From a virus, in the IMG/VR virus record IMGVR_UViG_3300034175_000081: a stretch of DNA of 51,677 nucleotides. The stretch is one strand, 5' to 3'. Below, one piece after another: positions 41,901 through 49,317 of this stretch. The translations under genes were made by a program, and so were the position numbers. How positions within the stretch are numbered: position 1 is the stretch's first letter; every line of letters starts with the position of its first letter. Under the pieces are notes generated by a model. That model ran no database searches. It was not told where the DNA came from and worked only from the letters and a program-made list of their open reading frames with translations.

Positions 41901-43271
41901 AGTCCGCAACTTCTCGAGTCGTCGGGTGGCGTGTCCGCGTCGCTGGTGGCGTTCAAAACTTCGCAGGGCGTGGCGGCGTCGATCGCTGGTCAGGGGTCAT
42001 ACGCGACGGTCAGTACGGTCGCTTACGGGTCGGCCATGCTGACCGGGTTCGGCACGCTGGCCGGCGCGTCGCAAGCGCGGCTTGGCTCGACCGTGGCCGA
42101 CAGCGGCGGCACCGTCCTGTCGAACGCGCAGGTTATCACGGCGCAAGGCATCGCGGCGAGCATCACCGGCCAGGGACTCCTTGCGACAAAGGCATATGTG
42201 CAGATCGGCGGGGCGGGCAATGCCGCAACAAGCTCGCCGCTTTTGACATCAAATGGGTTCGCCACAAGTGACCCGTCCATCATCACGAACCAGGGAACGG
42301 CGGCCAGCATATCCGGTCAGGGTCCCGGCGCAACGGCTCCCGCGTCTAACGTGCTGAATTCAAACTTACCGGCCGGCGAAAATACGATCATCAATTCCAG
42401 CTTTAGCCGGAACGGATACGGCTTCAACGTGCAAGGCTTCGGCCAAGCCGGGCTGAATTATCCCGGCTATTTCGGCATTCGGAATGTCATGTATTGGCGA
42501 ACGAACGCGGTCCTGGCCGCGGGCGCTCAACGCGACATTGGATCGCTTTTTGGCTTGTGGTGCGGCGGCGCGGGCAATGCGAAATATATGCTTCAGGTGA
42601 CCCCCGGCGAAGTCGTGGGCGCGCGTTTTCTAGTTTCCCATTACCGAAGCGCGGCCCCGACGCTGTTCATCCTGTTCTATGACATAAACAACACGATGTT
42701 TTCGGCTCCGTCGACATCGGCCGGGTCGGTCGACAGCGGCGCGGGTGACGGCGGGAACCTCGGACAAATGTCGCTCACCGCCATCGTTCCGCCGAACGCG
42801 GTACGCGCCGAATGGATGTTGCGAATGAACGGCAACGGCGGGACCGATCCGTTCGTGTTCTTTGCCGAGCCGTGGTTCGGCAAGATGCCGACGAATGTTT
42901 TCCCGCCGTGGTCACCAGGGCCGCCCGATCCCGACGCCGATAGAACGCTCGACAACACCGCGGGCGGCATCGCCGGGCAAGGCATATGGGCGACCTCGGG
43001 TCAGATAAGCCGCGCAACCGCAGCGGGGGGCACGCCCTGGTTTGCCCTTAATTCGTTCAGCCTAAACTACACAATCACGCGGCAGGACGGCGCGAGCATC
43101 GTCACGGAAAACCTCGCGATTACACAGCTTGGCGTGGCGGCGGGGTTCACCGGGCAAGGTGGCCTTGCAACGAAGAACCAAGCTGGTCCAAACGACCTTA
43201 CGCCGTCGGCCGTCCAGGTCGTGTCTTATCAAGTGCTGCAAAATGCGGTCATCTGTCCTGTAGGAAACTAG
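38967..43271 (+). CDS. Giant tail tip/host-specificity and fibre protein (1434 aa) with GQG-anchored repeats and two CBM-like jelly-roll domains
   Basis: GTG 38967 with SD aagga. The N-terminal ~380 aa resemble Phage-tail_3/gpJ-like proteins (ADLAADILADLAPTVAITNLATAIGW...HIDDPSETAAAVLDRLLAGV). The motif [ST][IV][TA]GQG occurs 11 times. CBM-like segments lie at about 41265..41690 and 42380..42900. Confidence 0.8.
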   Translation: MATVVLLEASPLVAAGTNTVAVRLAGGGSRAYVGYRGFNDWKSSGVPLPRFTSSLEFGSKGWTGGAAPQTAAVVCSTRDTTTAATLAGVFWPGAPITIRSGDDAVAGEPAWKVELVGTVDSATFAKGVLTLVITDLAGMLNKPALPDTFTGAGGLQGGDDAVGRPKRRTYGQVFNVTGRLLDKAYNIFEFGDPERAGAVTSFATVKDKGRAGTTTTVAWAGSAAATLTALRNATPPNGGAAVAPSIACVKWWTTPVGPLTADLTGAINANTSPADLAADILADLAPTVAITNLATAIGWRNIAAGVHIDDPSETAAAVLDRLLAGVSLNWTLTAAGAIEINRWEWTAAIEAIVSQEVERQAIFPPLLSRKLGFQRNYRQHADSEISAALQGVGDLTYADGTPLEQLKPAGEGADQTATNIASSITGQGPGATAPGTAVLNSNITIGANGALTGGGGGSVTYGGLGGGALGLLGSLFFGSPLFLESSGGSAASLANFKTILGIAASITGQGAFATTNTAAYGSSLLTGFGALAPLGAINFGSPYLLEASGGAQATLTAFKTLLGIAASVTGQGPGATAAGTAVLNSNVTIGANGALLGAGGGTVTFGGIGGGDIGLLDTMAFGGPYLLEAAAGAAATLNNFKTVLGVAASVTGQGPGATAAGSAVLNSALSLAANGTLVGGGGGSVTYGGLGGGALGLLASLNFGSSYLLESAGGASATLVAFKTSQGVAASVAGQGALATLNSANYNTQVTGAGKPETYATSSDSLITNGDLLADAVGWSLSNAVRRAAGTEPAPYFEYTANVAGTATANDATQIPLMGAPKIWLSGSARKTAGAAGTLTVVANWFKADGTASAAPTTSLSIMPGTAAVWTRYSLTMVPPADAVSFTHQVSSAGNAATVFTASHRVAVTAPSADVTGANVAASVTGQGPGATAAGSAVLNSALSLSAAGALLGGGGGAVTYAGLGGQDLGLRDNINFGSPQLLESSGGVSASLVAFKTSQGVAASIAGQGSYATVSTVAYGSAMLTGFGTLAGASQARLGSTVADSGGTVLSNAQVITAQGIAASITGQGLLATKAYVQIGGAGNAATSSPLLTSNGFATSDPSIITNQGTAASISGQGPGATAPASNVLNSNLPAGENTIINSSFSRNGYGFNVQGFGQAGLNYPGYFGIRNVMYWRTNAVLAAGAQRDIGSLFGLWCGGAGNAKYMLQVTPGEVVGARFLVSHYRSAAPTLFILFYDINNTMFSAPSTSAGSVDSGAGDGGNLGQMSLTAIVPPNAVRAEWMLRMNGNGGTDPFVFFAEPWFGKMPTNVFPPWSPGPPDPDADRTLDNTAGGIAGQGIWATSGQISRATAAGGTPWFALNSFSLNYTITRQDGASIVTENLAITQLGVAAGFTGQGGLATKNQAGPNDLTPSAVQVVSYQVLQNAVICPVGN
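40230..43190 (+). repeat. Diverged in-frame tandem modules (about 60-80 aa) anchored by ..A(S/A)(I/V)TGQG(P/A)GATA..
   Basis: Anchors near 40236, 40480, 40666, 40909, 41155, 41735, 41975, 42150, 42300, 42965 and 43140. Units at 40666 and 40909 are 243 nt apart. Confidence 0.8.
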
Positions 43272-43272
43272 C

Positions 43273-43683
43273 ATGGTTCTGCCGCGCAACCCCGACGATC
43301 CCGATGACCCCGGCGGCGGCGGGGGTGCGGCCCCAAGCGGATACGGCACGCCCGTTTTCGACAAGCCGTTCACGAAGCTGGACGCCGCAAGCGCGCTCGA
43401 CATCATCGTTTATATGAATTGTTCGAACGTCGATGACCTTCGATTTAGCGCCTACCTGTTTATCGACGAAGTGTTGCAACAGGTCGGAACGAACAATTTC
43501 CTGTTCGATCAAAGCAATTCGAACGCGCAAGGAACGATGACCCTTGCGGCGATCGTCGAAGGCATCGGGGCCGGCGCTCATTCCTGCATTGTGCGCGTTA
43601 AGAACCGCGAAACCGAAGGCCCGTTGATCGTTCAACCTGGCTCGCTTCTCAAGATTTCCGAGCTTCGCCAGGCGGCCCGCTAG
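43273..43683 (+). CDS. Hypothetical protein (136 aa), AT-richer than its neighbours; possible fibre assembly or accessory protein
   Basis: ATG sits 1 nt after the fibre stop. Many A/T-ending codons (tttatatgaattgttcgaacgtcgatgac...). Confidence 0.65.
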   Translation: MVLPRNPDDPDDPGGGGGAAPSGYGTPVFDKPFTKLDAASALDIIVYMNCSNVDDLRFSAYLFIDEVLQQVGTNNFLFDQSNSNAQGTMTLAAIVEGIGAGAHSCIVRVKNRETEGPLIVQPGSLLKISELRQAAR

Positions 43684-43732
43684 GCGGCGGGGCGGTTCGG
43701 CATTATGACGGCCGGCGAAGGAGTCCAGAACG

Positions 43733-44155
43733 ATGCCACCTATCGCCGACCATACCGAAGCCCGCCGCGCCATCCGCCGCTACATGGCGCACGCCGAGGG
43801 CAAGCTACCCGACGACACGTTCGCCCGCCTGGAGGAATTGGCCGACAGCCCGTCGCCCGTCGACCAGCTCGTCGGCGCGTGCGAATTGCTTTATGCCCGC
43901 CGCGATGAAATCGACCAGGAAGGGCAAGAGCTGGTCGAAGCCCTGGCCGCGTTCGCCGCGCTGAACGGCTTTCACGGGATGGCCACCGACAACCGCGGCG
44001 GCCTGATCGCGCAAGCTATGCGGCGCGACAGCGGCGCGAAGGTCCAGCCCGGCGTCGCCAAGCCGCAAAAGGCCGAACACGATCCCGAACCCCAAGCGCC
44101 TTACGTGAAGGCCAAGCCCCCGGCCGAAGCGCCGGCCGACGACACGGCCGCCTAA
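43733..44155 (+). CDS. Hypothetical protein (140 aa)
   Basis: SD gaaggag; ORF track. Confidence 0.7.
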   Translation: MPPIADHTEARRAIRRYMAHAEGKLPDDTFARLEELADSPSPVDQLVGACELLYARRDEIDQEGQELVEALAAFAALNGFHGMATDNRGGLIAQAMRRDSGAKVQPGVAKPQKAEHDPEPQAPYVKAKPPAEAPADDTAA

Positions 44156-44521
44156 GTGGCCGTCGTCGATGGCGGGGTCGCCACCTGGCTAAAGAGCGAA
44201 GCCCGGTTCGCGACTTCCGTCATCGCGGGCGCGGCGGCGGCGTGGGGTGCGAAGGGCGTTAGCTCGACCATCATTTCGCCGCTCGCGCTCCAGGCCGACG
44301 CGCAAGTCGAAGCCGCGCGCCAGGCCGCGTTCCTGGCCGGCCCGACCGCCGTCGACCTGCATATCGTGAAGGGCGCGCGCCGCGACCTGGTCGGAAAGGT
44401 CGTCACGATGTTGGGCGACCGGCTCGGGTATAGCTCGGCCGGGACGAACGTTTATGTGATCGGCGCGGATGAAACGAAGACGCCGGGAATGACCGAATTG
44501 TCCGTGCTGAAAAGGCTCTAG
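44156..44521 (+). CDS. Hypothetical protein (121 aa)
   Basis: GTG directly after the preceding stop; ORF track. Confidence 0.6.
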   Translation: MAVVDGGVATWLKSEARFATSVIAGAAAAWGAKGVSSTIISPLALQADAQVEAARQAAFLAGPTAVDLHIVKGARRDLVGKVVTMLGDRLGYSSAGTNVYVIGADETKTPGMTELSVLKRL

Positions 44522-44524
44522 CCG

Positions 44525-45265
44525 ATGTCTTCGCTTATCGTTGCACGCCCCTTCCGCCCGGTCGCCTGGAGCGGTTCGCCCGCCACCTATGACCGCGCGC
44601 TGTCGGGCGATCCGAAGGAAGCCGCGGTGCTGAACGCGCAAGCGGGCGTTTGGAATTTCGACTATGGCGTCGCGGTGACGCTCGATACCGTCTTCGTCGG
44701 ATACCATACCGGCGCGGCCGCGCAGACGGTCACGGTGACGACCTCGGCCACCCTCGGCGGCGCGACGGTCGGCACCCCGCAACCCGCGATTTCGCTGGTG
44801 CCCTTCCCGACCGACGGCCCGGCGCACGGGTTCGCCCGCTTTAACCCGGTCATGTCGCGTTACTGGACGGTCACCGTGTCGGCCGGAACCTATAACGTCG
44901 GCGTGGTCGCGCTCGCCGCCAGCGTGCAACCGACCTATGGCCGCGAATACGGGTCGGGGCGCGGCTTCACCGACACGTCGAACATATCGCGCCTGTTCGG
45001 CGGCGGGTTCGCGATCGACGAAGGCGTGGTCATTCCGTGGTTCCAGTGGACTATGGGCGAGCTGACCGACGCCGAAGTCGAAGCGCTTTACGCGCACGCC
45101 CGCCGGGTCGGTGAAAGCCGCGCAATCCTGGTCGTCGAAGACCCCGACCGAACCGCCGGGCTGAACGAACGCATACACTGGGGTTTGCTTGCGAAAATAG
45201 ACGCTTATGAACGGTTCGCACCAGGCGCGACGCGGTGGGCGATGCGCGTTGACGATTGGTCATAA
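44525..45265 (+). CDS. Hypothetical virion protein (246 aa)
   Basis: ORF track. Beta-rich sequence, last gene before the lysis genes. Confidence 0.65.
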   Translation: MSSLIVARPFRPVAWSGSPATYDRALSGDPKEAAVLNAQAGVWNFDYGVAVTLDTVFVGYHTGAAAQTVTVTTSATLGGATVGTPQPAISLVPFPTDGPAHGFARFNPVMSRYWTVTVSAGTYNVGVVALAASVQPTYGREYGSGRGFTDTSNISRLFGGGFAIDEGVVIPWFQWTMGELTDAEVEALYAHARRVGESRAILVVEDPDRTAGLNERIHWGLLAKIDAYERFAPGATRWAMRVDDWS

Positions 45266-45266
45266 G

Positions 45267-45371
45267 GTGACGGCGGGCGACTACGTCATGTTATGGGCGA
45301 CCGGCGCGGCTATAGCGGTCGGCGGCGCGTTGTATTTCTGCGTCACCGTAGGGGGTCGGAATGATGAATAG
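45267..45371 (+). CDS. Very small hydrophobic ORF (34 aa; 27 aa from the internal ATG), speculative
   Basis: Hand translation gives VTAGDYVMLWATGAAIAVGGALYFCVTVGGRNDE. Overlaps the start of the first holin-like gene. Confidence 0.25.
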   Translation: MTAGDYVMLWATGAAIAVGGALYFCVTVGGRNDE

Positions 45372-45720
45372 TGACGACCCGCAGCTACCGCGCAGCGTCC
45401 TGGAATTCTGGCCGATCGTGTGGCCGTTGCTTGGCGGCCTCGGCGGGGCAATCATTAGCCTCGGCCTGGCGCGCAATGAAGCCGCCGCGCCGAAAAAGAA
45501 GGCGTTTCAGGTCATCGTCGGCACGATTGCCGCCGTGTTCCTCGGCCCCTTGGTCGTTCGCTACACGTTGGGGGTCACGACGCGCGGCGACTCCGAAATG
45601 GTCGGGGCGATTTATTGCCTAGTTGGCCTTTCGGCGACTTCGGTCATAGAACGCGTTGTGCGTATCATTGCCGGATGGATAGACCGCATTCCGGTCCCGC
45701 CGGTTAAGGAGGCCGAATAA
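45361..45720 (+). CDS. Holin-like membrane protein (119 aa, about 3 TM)
   Basis: Hydrophobic segments FWPIVWPLLGGLGGAIISLGL, VIVGTIAAVFLGPLVV and VGAIYCLVGLSATSVI. Lies upstream of the endolysin. Confidence 0.65.
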   Translation: MMNSDDPQLPRSVLEFWPIVWPLLGGLGGAIISLGLARNEAAAPKKKAFQVIVGTIAAVFLGPLVVRYTLGVTTRGDSEMVGAIYCLVGLSATSVIERVVRIIAGWIDRIPVPPVKEAE

Positions 45721-46094
45721 TGTCGGGAATTCAGGTGGCATCGCGCGCCCTGTTCGACGCAATACTGGTCGTCATGCCGTACCTTAACGGATTGATGGGC
45801 CTGTATATTGTCGGTTACCTGGTGCAACGGCTGTTGCGCTTTCCCGAGATTTACAATCGGCCCGAGCGTATCGCGATGGGGTGCATCGCTGGCGGCATCG
45901 TCCTGGCGACCCCCGCCCTTTGGGTTTCCGACACGCCCTTCGACGGCTGGTCGTTCAACGTGGCGCGCTTCGGAATCCTGCTATACATCGTCACCGGCGG
46001 CATTCGACGCGACCGCCACGCGCAACGCAACGCCGACCAGGTCGTCGCCGCCGAACGCCACCTAGCCGAGCGTCGCGCAGCACGGGAGCGCTAG
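45720..46094 (+). CDS. Second holin/antiholin-like membrane protein (124 aa, about 3 TM)
   Basis: TAATG coupling. TM segments LFDAILVVMPYLNGLMGLYIVGYLV, MGCIAGGIVLATPALWV and FGILLYIVTGGI. Basic C-terminus. Confidence 0.65.
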   Translation: MSGIQVASRALFDAILVVMPYLNGLMGLYIVGYLVQRLLRFPEIYNRPERIAMGCIAGGIVLATPALWVSDTPFDGWSFNVARFGILLYIVTGGIRRDRHAQRNADQVVAAERHLAERRAARER

Positions 46095-46097
46095 ACT

Positions 46098-46667
46098 ATG
46101 ACGACCGCCGCAATCGAACGCATGATCGAAGACACGATCGGCAAGGAAGGCCGCTATAGCGACCACCCGAGCGACCGCGGCGGCCCGACTATGTGGGGCA
46201 TCACCGAACAGGTCGCCCGCGCGAACAGCTACCGCGGCGAAATGCGGGACCTTCCCCGCGGCCAGGCCGTCGCGATCTATCGTCAAGTTTACGTCATCGC
46301 GCCGGGCTTCGCCCGCGTCGCGGCTATCTCGCCGGCCGTCGCGGCCGAGCTGTTCGACACCGGTGCGAACATGGGGCCATCGGTCCCGGCCCTATGGTTC
46401 CAGCAATGGCTAAACGCGCTGAACCGCCAGGGCCGCGACTATGCCGATATTCCCGAGGACGCCGACCAGCCCCGCGGCGGGATCGGCCCGCGCACCCTGG
46501 AGGCGTTCAAGATGCTACGCGCCAAGCGTGGCGCGGAAGCGGCCGACGCCGTGATGCTTAAAGGGCTGAACAGCGACCAAGGCGCGAAGTATAAGCAACT
46601 CGCGCGCAACCGCACGGCAAACGAAGACTTCGTGTTCGGATGGCTGGCGAACCGCGTCGGACTATAG
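46098..46667 (+). CDS. Endolysin, glycoside hydrolase family 108 N-acetylmuramidase with a PG_binding_3-like C-terminus
   Basis: IGKEGRYSDHPSDRGGPTMWGIT matches the GH108 signature (EGGyvndp.DpGG.TkyGIt). Confidence 0.85.
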   Translation: MTTAAIERMIEDTIGKEGRYSDHPSDRGGPTMWGITEQVARANSYRGEMRDLPRGQAVAIYRQVYVIAPGFARVAAISPAVAAELFDTGANMGPSVPALWFQQWLNALNRQGRDYADIPEDADQPRGGIGPRTLEAFKMLRAKRGAEAADAVMLKGLNSDQGAKYKQLARNRTANEDFVFGWLANRVGL

Positions 46668-46679
46668 GAGCGCACGACA

Positions 46680-47048
46680 ATGGCCGAACCCGTCGACTTC
46701 GTAACCGGCACGCCCCCCGCGTCCGCGCTTCCTCCCGTCAAGACGCCGATCGCAGTCGACCCGACGCCGACGAAGGCGGTTGCGACGACGCTAATCGGTG
46801 CGGCCCTGATCGTGTTCACCGGATTCCCGGCGTTGCTGACCATCCTTAGCGCGCGGGACCTGAACGCGATTCGCGGGTGGATGGCCAGCTTAGACGGCGC
46901 GACGTTCCTTGCGTCGGCCGGCTTCCTCGGAACCCTGGCCTGGCGGGTGACGGCATCGGCCCGCAAGCAATTGTCGCTCATCATCGCCGCGCGCTCGGCC
47001 CGCAACCGGGTCGCCTATGTGAAGGGCGACCCCGGCGCACCGCGCTAA
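46680..47048 (+). CDS. Membrane protein (122 aa, 2 TM), lysis-associated by position
   Basis: SD taggagcg. TM segments AVATTLIGAALIVFTGFPALLTIL and ATFLASAGFLGTLAW. Confidence 0.65.
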   Translation: MAEPVDFVTGTPPASALPPVKTPIAVDPTPTKAVATTLIGAALIVFTGFPALLTILSARDLNAIRGWMASLDGATFLASAGFLGTLAWRVTASARKQLSLIIAARSARNRVAYVKGDPGAPR

Positions 47049-47446
47049 TCGCGGCGGCGGTCGATATATAGGCTGTTCGAGTCCATCAACGCGCCGACAT
47101 AGTCGAGCACGTCGCCCCGGCCGGCCTCGGCGTCGGCCGCGTTGAACAGCGAAGCGATGGCGGTCATTTCCCGGCGGGCGTAGCGATTGATGGCCGCCCC
47201 ACGGGTGCCCGGCTTCGCGTGGCGGGTCATCGCCCACGCCTTCACCAGGGGAACCAGCGGCACGCCTTGCGCGAGCTGGCGCGACTGGTGGGCGAGCTTG
47301 CAAGGCTTCGTCGTGCAAAAGCGGCTGGCCTTGCGGGTCGGCATGAATTCGGTCCCGCATTCGACGCACTTTCGGACGCTGAACGCGACCCCGCGCTGTT
47401 TCTCGATTTCCGGCCCGCTGGTGGCCTTCGGCGTGTTGTCGGTCAT
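47045..47446 (-). CDS. Zinc-ribbon protein, candidate transcription regulator (133 aa)
   Basis: ATG 47446 with gaggg 7 nt upstream. CVEC-x13-C-x4-C (RKCVECGTEFMPTRKASRFCTTKPC) is reminiscent of Ogr/Delta-type zinc fingers. A perfect dyad lies 36 nt upstream of the start. Confidence 0.6.
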   Translation of the reverse strand: MTDNTPKATSGPEIEKQRGVAFSVRKCVECGTEFMPTRKASRFCTTKPCKLAHQSRQLAQGVPLVPLVKAWAMTRHAKPGTRGAAINRYARREMTAIASLFNAADAEAGRGDVLDYVGALMDSNSLYIDRRRD

Positions 47447-47482
47447 CGTCGGCCCTCGCGTGCGGTGAAGTCGAACCGCATT

Positions 47483-47499
47483 ATTCGTTCCTGACGAAT
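47483..47499. promoter_or_regulatory. Perfect dyad ATTCG-N7-CGAAT in the divergent region 47447..47584
   Basis: attcgttcctgacgaat. It shares the extended form TATTCG-NNN-CTGACGAAT with the site at 28323. Confidence 0.65.
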
Positions 47500-47584
47500 T
47501 GGCAAGCGGTATCGTTGGGCGTATTGATCCGGCTCCGATGCCCTCCCGGCGGCTTGCCGGGTGCTTCAATCTGGAGACTCGCCG

Positions 47585-47962
47585 ATGCGATTGACCTTGT
47601 TCCCCGCCCTCGCCGCGCTGGCCTTGTGTGCGTGCGCCACCACCCCCACCACGTCGGGAGGCTCGCCGCTCGCGCCCTCTACCTACGCGGACAAAACGGC
47701 CGTCGATGAAAGCGCGGCCGAGGGCTTCGAAGTCGCGGTGACCGTGGCGGCCGACCTGGCGACGCTGGCCGTTCAGACTGGCCGCGTGAAGGGTGCCGAC
47801 CTGGACCGCCTGGCGCGCGCGAGCGCTGTCGCTCGGATCGCGGTTGCCGGCGTGCGCTCGGCCTATCGGTCGGGCAACTCGGCGACGATCGCCGAGGCCA
47901 CGGCGAACGCGAAAATGTCTATTGCCGCGCTGTCGGCCATTGCGAAGGGAGAGGCCCGTTGA
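47585..47962 (+). CDS. Lipoprotein (125 aa)
   Basis: ATG 47585 with ggaga 8 nt upstream. MRLTLFPALAALALCACATTP has lipobox L-C-A-C. Confidence 0.7.
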   Translation: MRLTLFPALAALALCACATTPTTSGGSPLAPSTYADKTAVDESAAEGFEVAVTVAADLATLAVQTGRVKGADLDRLARASAVARIAVAGVRSAYRSGNSATIAEATANAKMSIAALSAIAKGEAR

Positions 47963-48186
47963 AGTTCCCCACCATTGACCAGGCGTTAGACGCCGTCGAC
48001 ATGCTCGCGAACGTTCCCGGCTCCGTCGGCGCGGCCGCCGGCCTGGTGAACATCGTCGTGGATATGTTCACCAGCCCCCGCGACCAGGACACGCTAAAAG
48101 CCCGTTACGAGGAAGTGAAGGCGCGAACCGACGCCGCGCTGGATCGGCTCGACCAGGCTATTGTCGACGCGAAAAAGAGCGACTAG
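47959..48186 (+). CDS. Hypothetical protein (75 aa)
   Basis: TTG start in a TTGA overlap. Followed by a strong terminator. Confidence 0.55.
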   Translation: MKFPTIDQALDAVDMLANVPGSVGAAAGLVNIVVDMFTSPRDQDTLKARYEEVKARTDAALDRLDQAIVDAKKSD

Positions 48187-48210
48187 AGACTGTCGCGCGG
48201 CGAAGTGGCG

Positions 48211-48250
48211 ACGGCCGGTCGGGGGATGCCCCGGCCGGCCGTTTCTTTAT
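48211..48250 (+). terminator. Rho-independent, probably bidirectional, terminator between convergent operons
   Basis: A 14-bp stem acggccggtcgggg / ccccggccggccgt (one G-U pair) with loop gatg, followed by ttctttat. It overlaps the HNH gene's stop codon on the other strand. Confidence 0.8.
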
Positions 48251-48609
48251 GCCAGGCCGCACGCCAGTTCGAACGCGAGCTGGCCGGCCTTGTCGCGGAC
48301 CCGCTTGCGGCGGCTTTCCGCGTGGTGCGCCCGATCATAGCGAAGGTGGCACCGCTGGCACCCGGCCGACAGATTGTCGTCGGCGCAATTCTCGGGTGTG
48401 TGGTCCAGGTGCATAGTCGTGAGCACGACGACCGATCCCGTGTCGGGGTGGGGGAGGCCGTGGCGGGCGGCGCACCGGCCGCCCGCGTGGTCCTGGCCGC
48501 AACGGCCGTCGCACTCGCATTGGCCGCCGGCCCGCGCGAACCGGATACGAAGCGAAATCGCTTTCCAGTCCGAAGGGTAGCGGCCGCGGTTTTCCGGTGC
48601 GATTGGCAT
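48247..48609 (-). CDS. HNH endonuclease
   Basis: CECDGRCG...HLDHTPENCADDNLSAGCQRCHLRYD shows the HNH core (H-x-D-H...N...C-x2-C-H) with zinc-binding Cys pairs. Confidence 0.8.
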   Translation of the reverse strand: MPIAPENRGRYPSDWKAISLRIRFARAGGQCECDGRCGQDHAGGRCAARHGLPHPDTGSVVVLTTMHLDHTPENCADDNLSAGCQRCHLRYDRAHHAESRRKRVRDKAGQLAFELACGLA

Positions 48610-48872
48610 TAGCCGAACGAAGTCGGCGGGCGGAACGCCGACATTTCAACCGACCCGACCATCCCGACGACGGTTCGCGTCACCGTGTCGAGCATGAACA
48701 ATGCCATTCGTTCGTCGCAGCGGTTCCGCGCCAGCTCGCGCGAAAGGACTATGGCGATAGTCGTGCCAATGTCCGCGAACCGTTCAGCGGTCAGTTCAGT
48801 TTGCACTGTCGCCGCAAGCACGTCGTCGACCTGGTCGGCGAGCCTTTCCAGCTTGTTTAGGTCCGCGGGCAT
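48609..48872 (-). CDS. Hypothetical protein (87 aa)
   Basis: ORF track. The stop shares 1 nt with the HNH start. Confidence 0.6.
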   Translation of the reverse strand: MPADLNKLERLADQVDDVLAATVQTELTAERFADIGTTIAIVLSRELARNRCDERMALFMLDTVTRTVVGMVGSVEMSAFRPPTSFG

Positions 48873-49132
48873 GCGTCACCCCCGAACAGGTCGGCGGCCG
48901 GTGCGGCGGCCTCGGGTGGGGCTTCCTCGGCCATGCCAAGGATAGGCTTGGTATCGAACGGCGGAACGACATCGGTCACCTTTTCGACGGTGACGACTTG
49001 CCAGCCATCGCCCTTCCGAGCCGCGACGCGCACTCGATCGCCCTCGCGCAGCGTGGGGCCGTCATAGTGGAAGGTGTAGGGACGTTGCCCCGGCTTATAG
49101 GTGCAAGCGGCGAATTGGCGGGTGTCGGTCAT
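48857..49132 (-). CDS. Hypothetical protein (91 aa)
   Basis: ATGA overlap at 49129..49132; ORF track. Confidence 0.6.
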   Translation of the reverse strand: MTDTRQFAACTYKPGQRPYTFHYDGPTLREGDRVRVAARKGDGWQVVTVEKVTDVVPPFDTKPILGMAEEAPPEAAAPAADLFGGDACPRT

Positions 49133-49317
49133 CGGTCGGCAATCCTATCAATGGCGCGGCCGATCGCGAGGCCGGCGCGGTTCAGAAGCGGGACGCGCTC
49201 GCGCTCGGCAAGCCATCGGTCGCGGTTGCTGGCGTGTCGTCGCGCCAGCTCGGCGCGAAGGGCCTCCCCCCGCAAATCGCTCGCCCGTGGGGGCGCGTGG
49301 TCTAGGTTATGCGTCAA
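49129..49317 (-). CDS. Hypothetical protein (about 62 aa; start uncertain)
   Basis: TTG 49317 would overlap the ATPase stop by 11 nt. The ORF-track ATG at 49455 would overlap the ATPase gene by about 150 nt. Confidence 0.4.
   Translation of the reverse strand: MTHNLDHAPPRASDLRGEALRAELARRHASNRDRWLAERERVPLLNRAGLAIGRAIDRIADR

Noticed and set aside
39620-42271. 883-aa plus-strand ORF out of frame within the giant fibre gene
   Set aside because: The translation is almost pure Arg/Gly/Pro/Asp (RRGRGH...), and the in-frame fibre ORF shows coherent repeats and domains. It is an alternative-frame artefact of GC-rich repeats.
40230-43190. Repeat array considered as a CRISPR array or as a DGR template/variable repeat pair
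   Set aside because: The units are in frame, protein-coding and of variable length (about 186-245 nt) without conserved repeat/spacer structure. No reverse transcriptase or Cas gene is present. Differences between units involve all four bases rather than adenine-specific changes.
47561-47584. ATG 47561 as the start of the lipoprotein gene (ORF-track start)
   Set aside because: ATG 47585 has a properly spaced ggaga SD and yields a canonical signal peptide beginning MRLTLFPALAALALCAC. The upstream ATG adds 8 residues with no SD.
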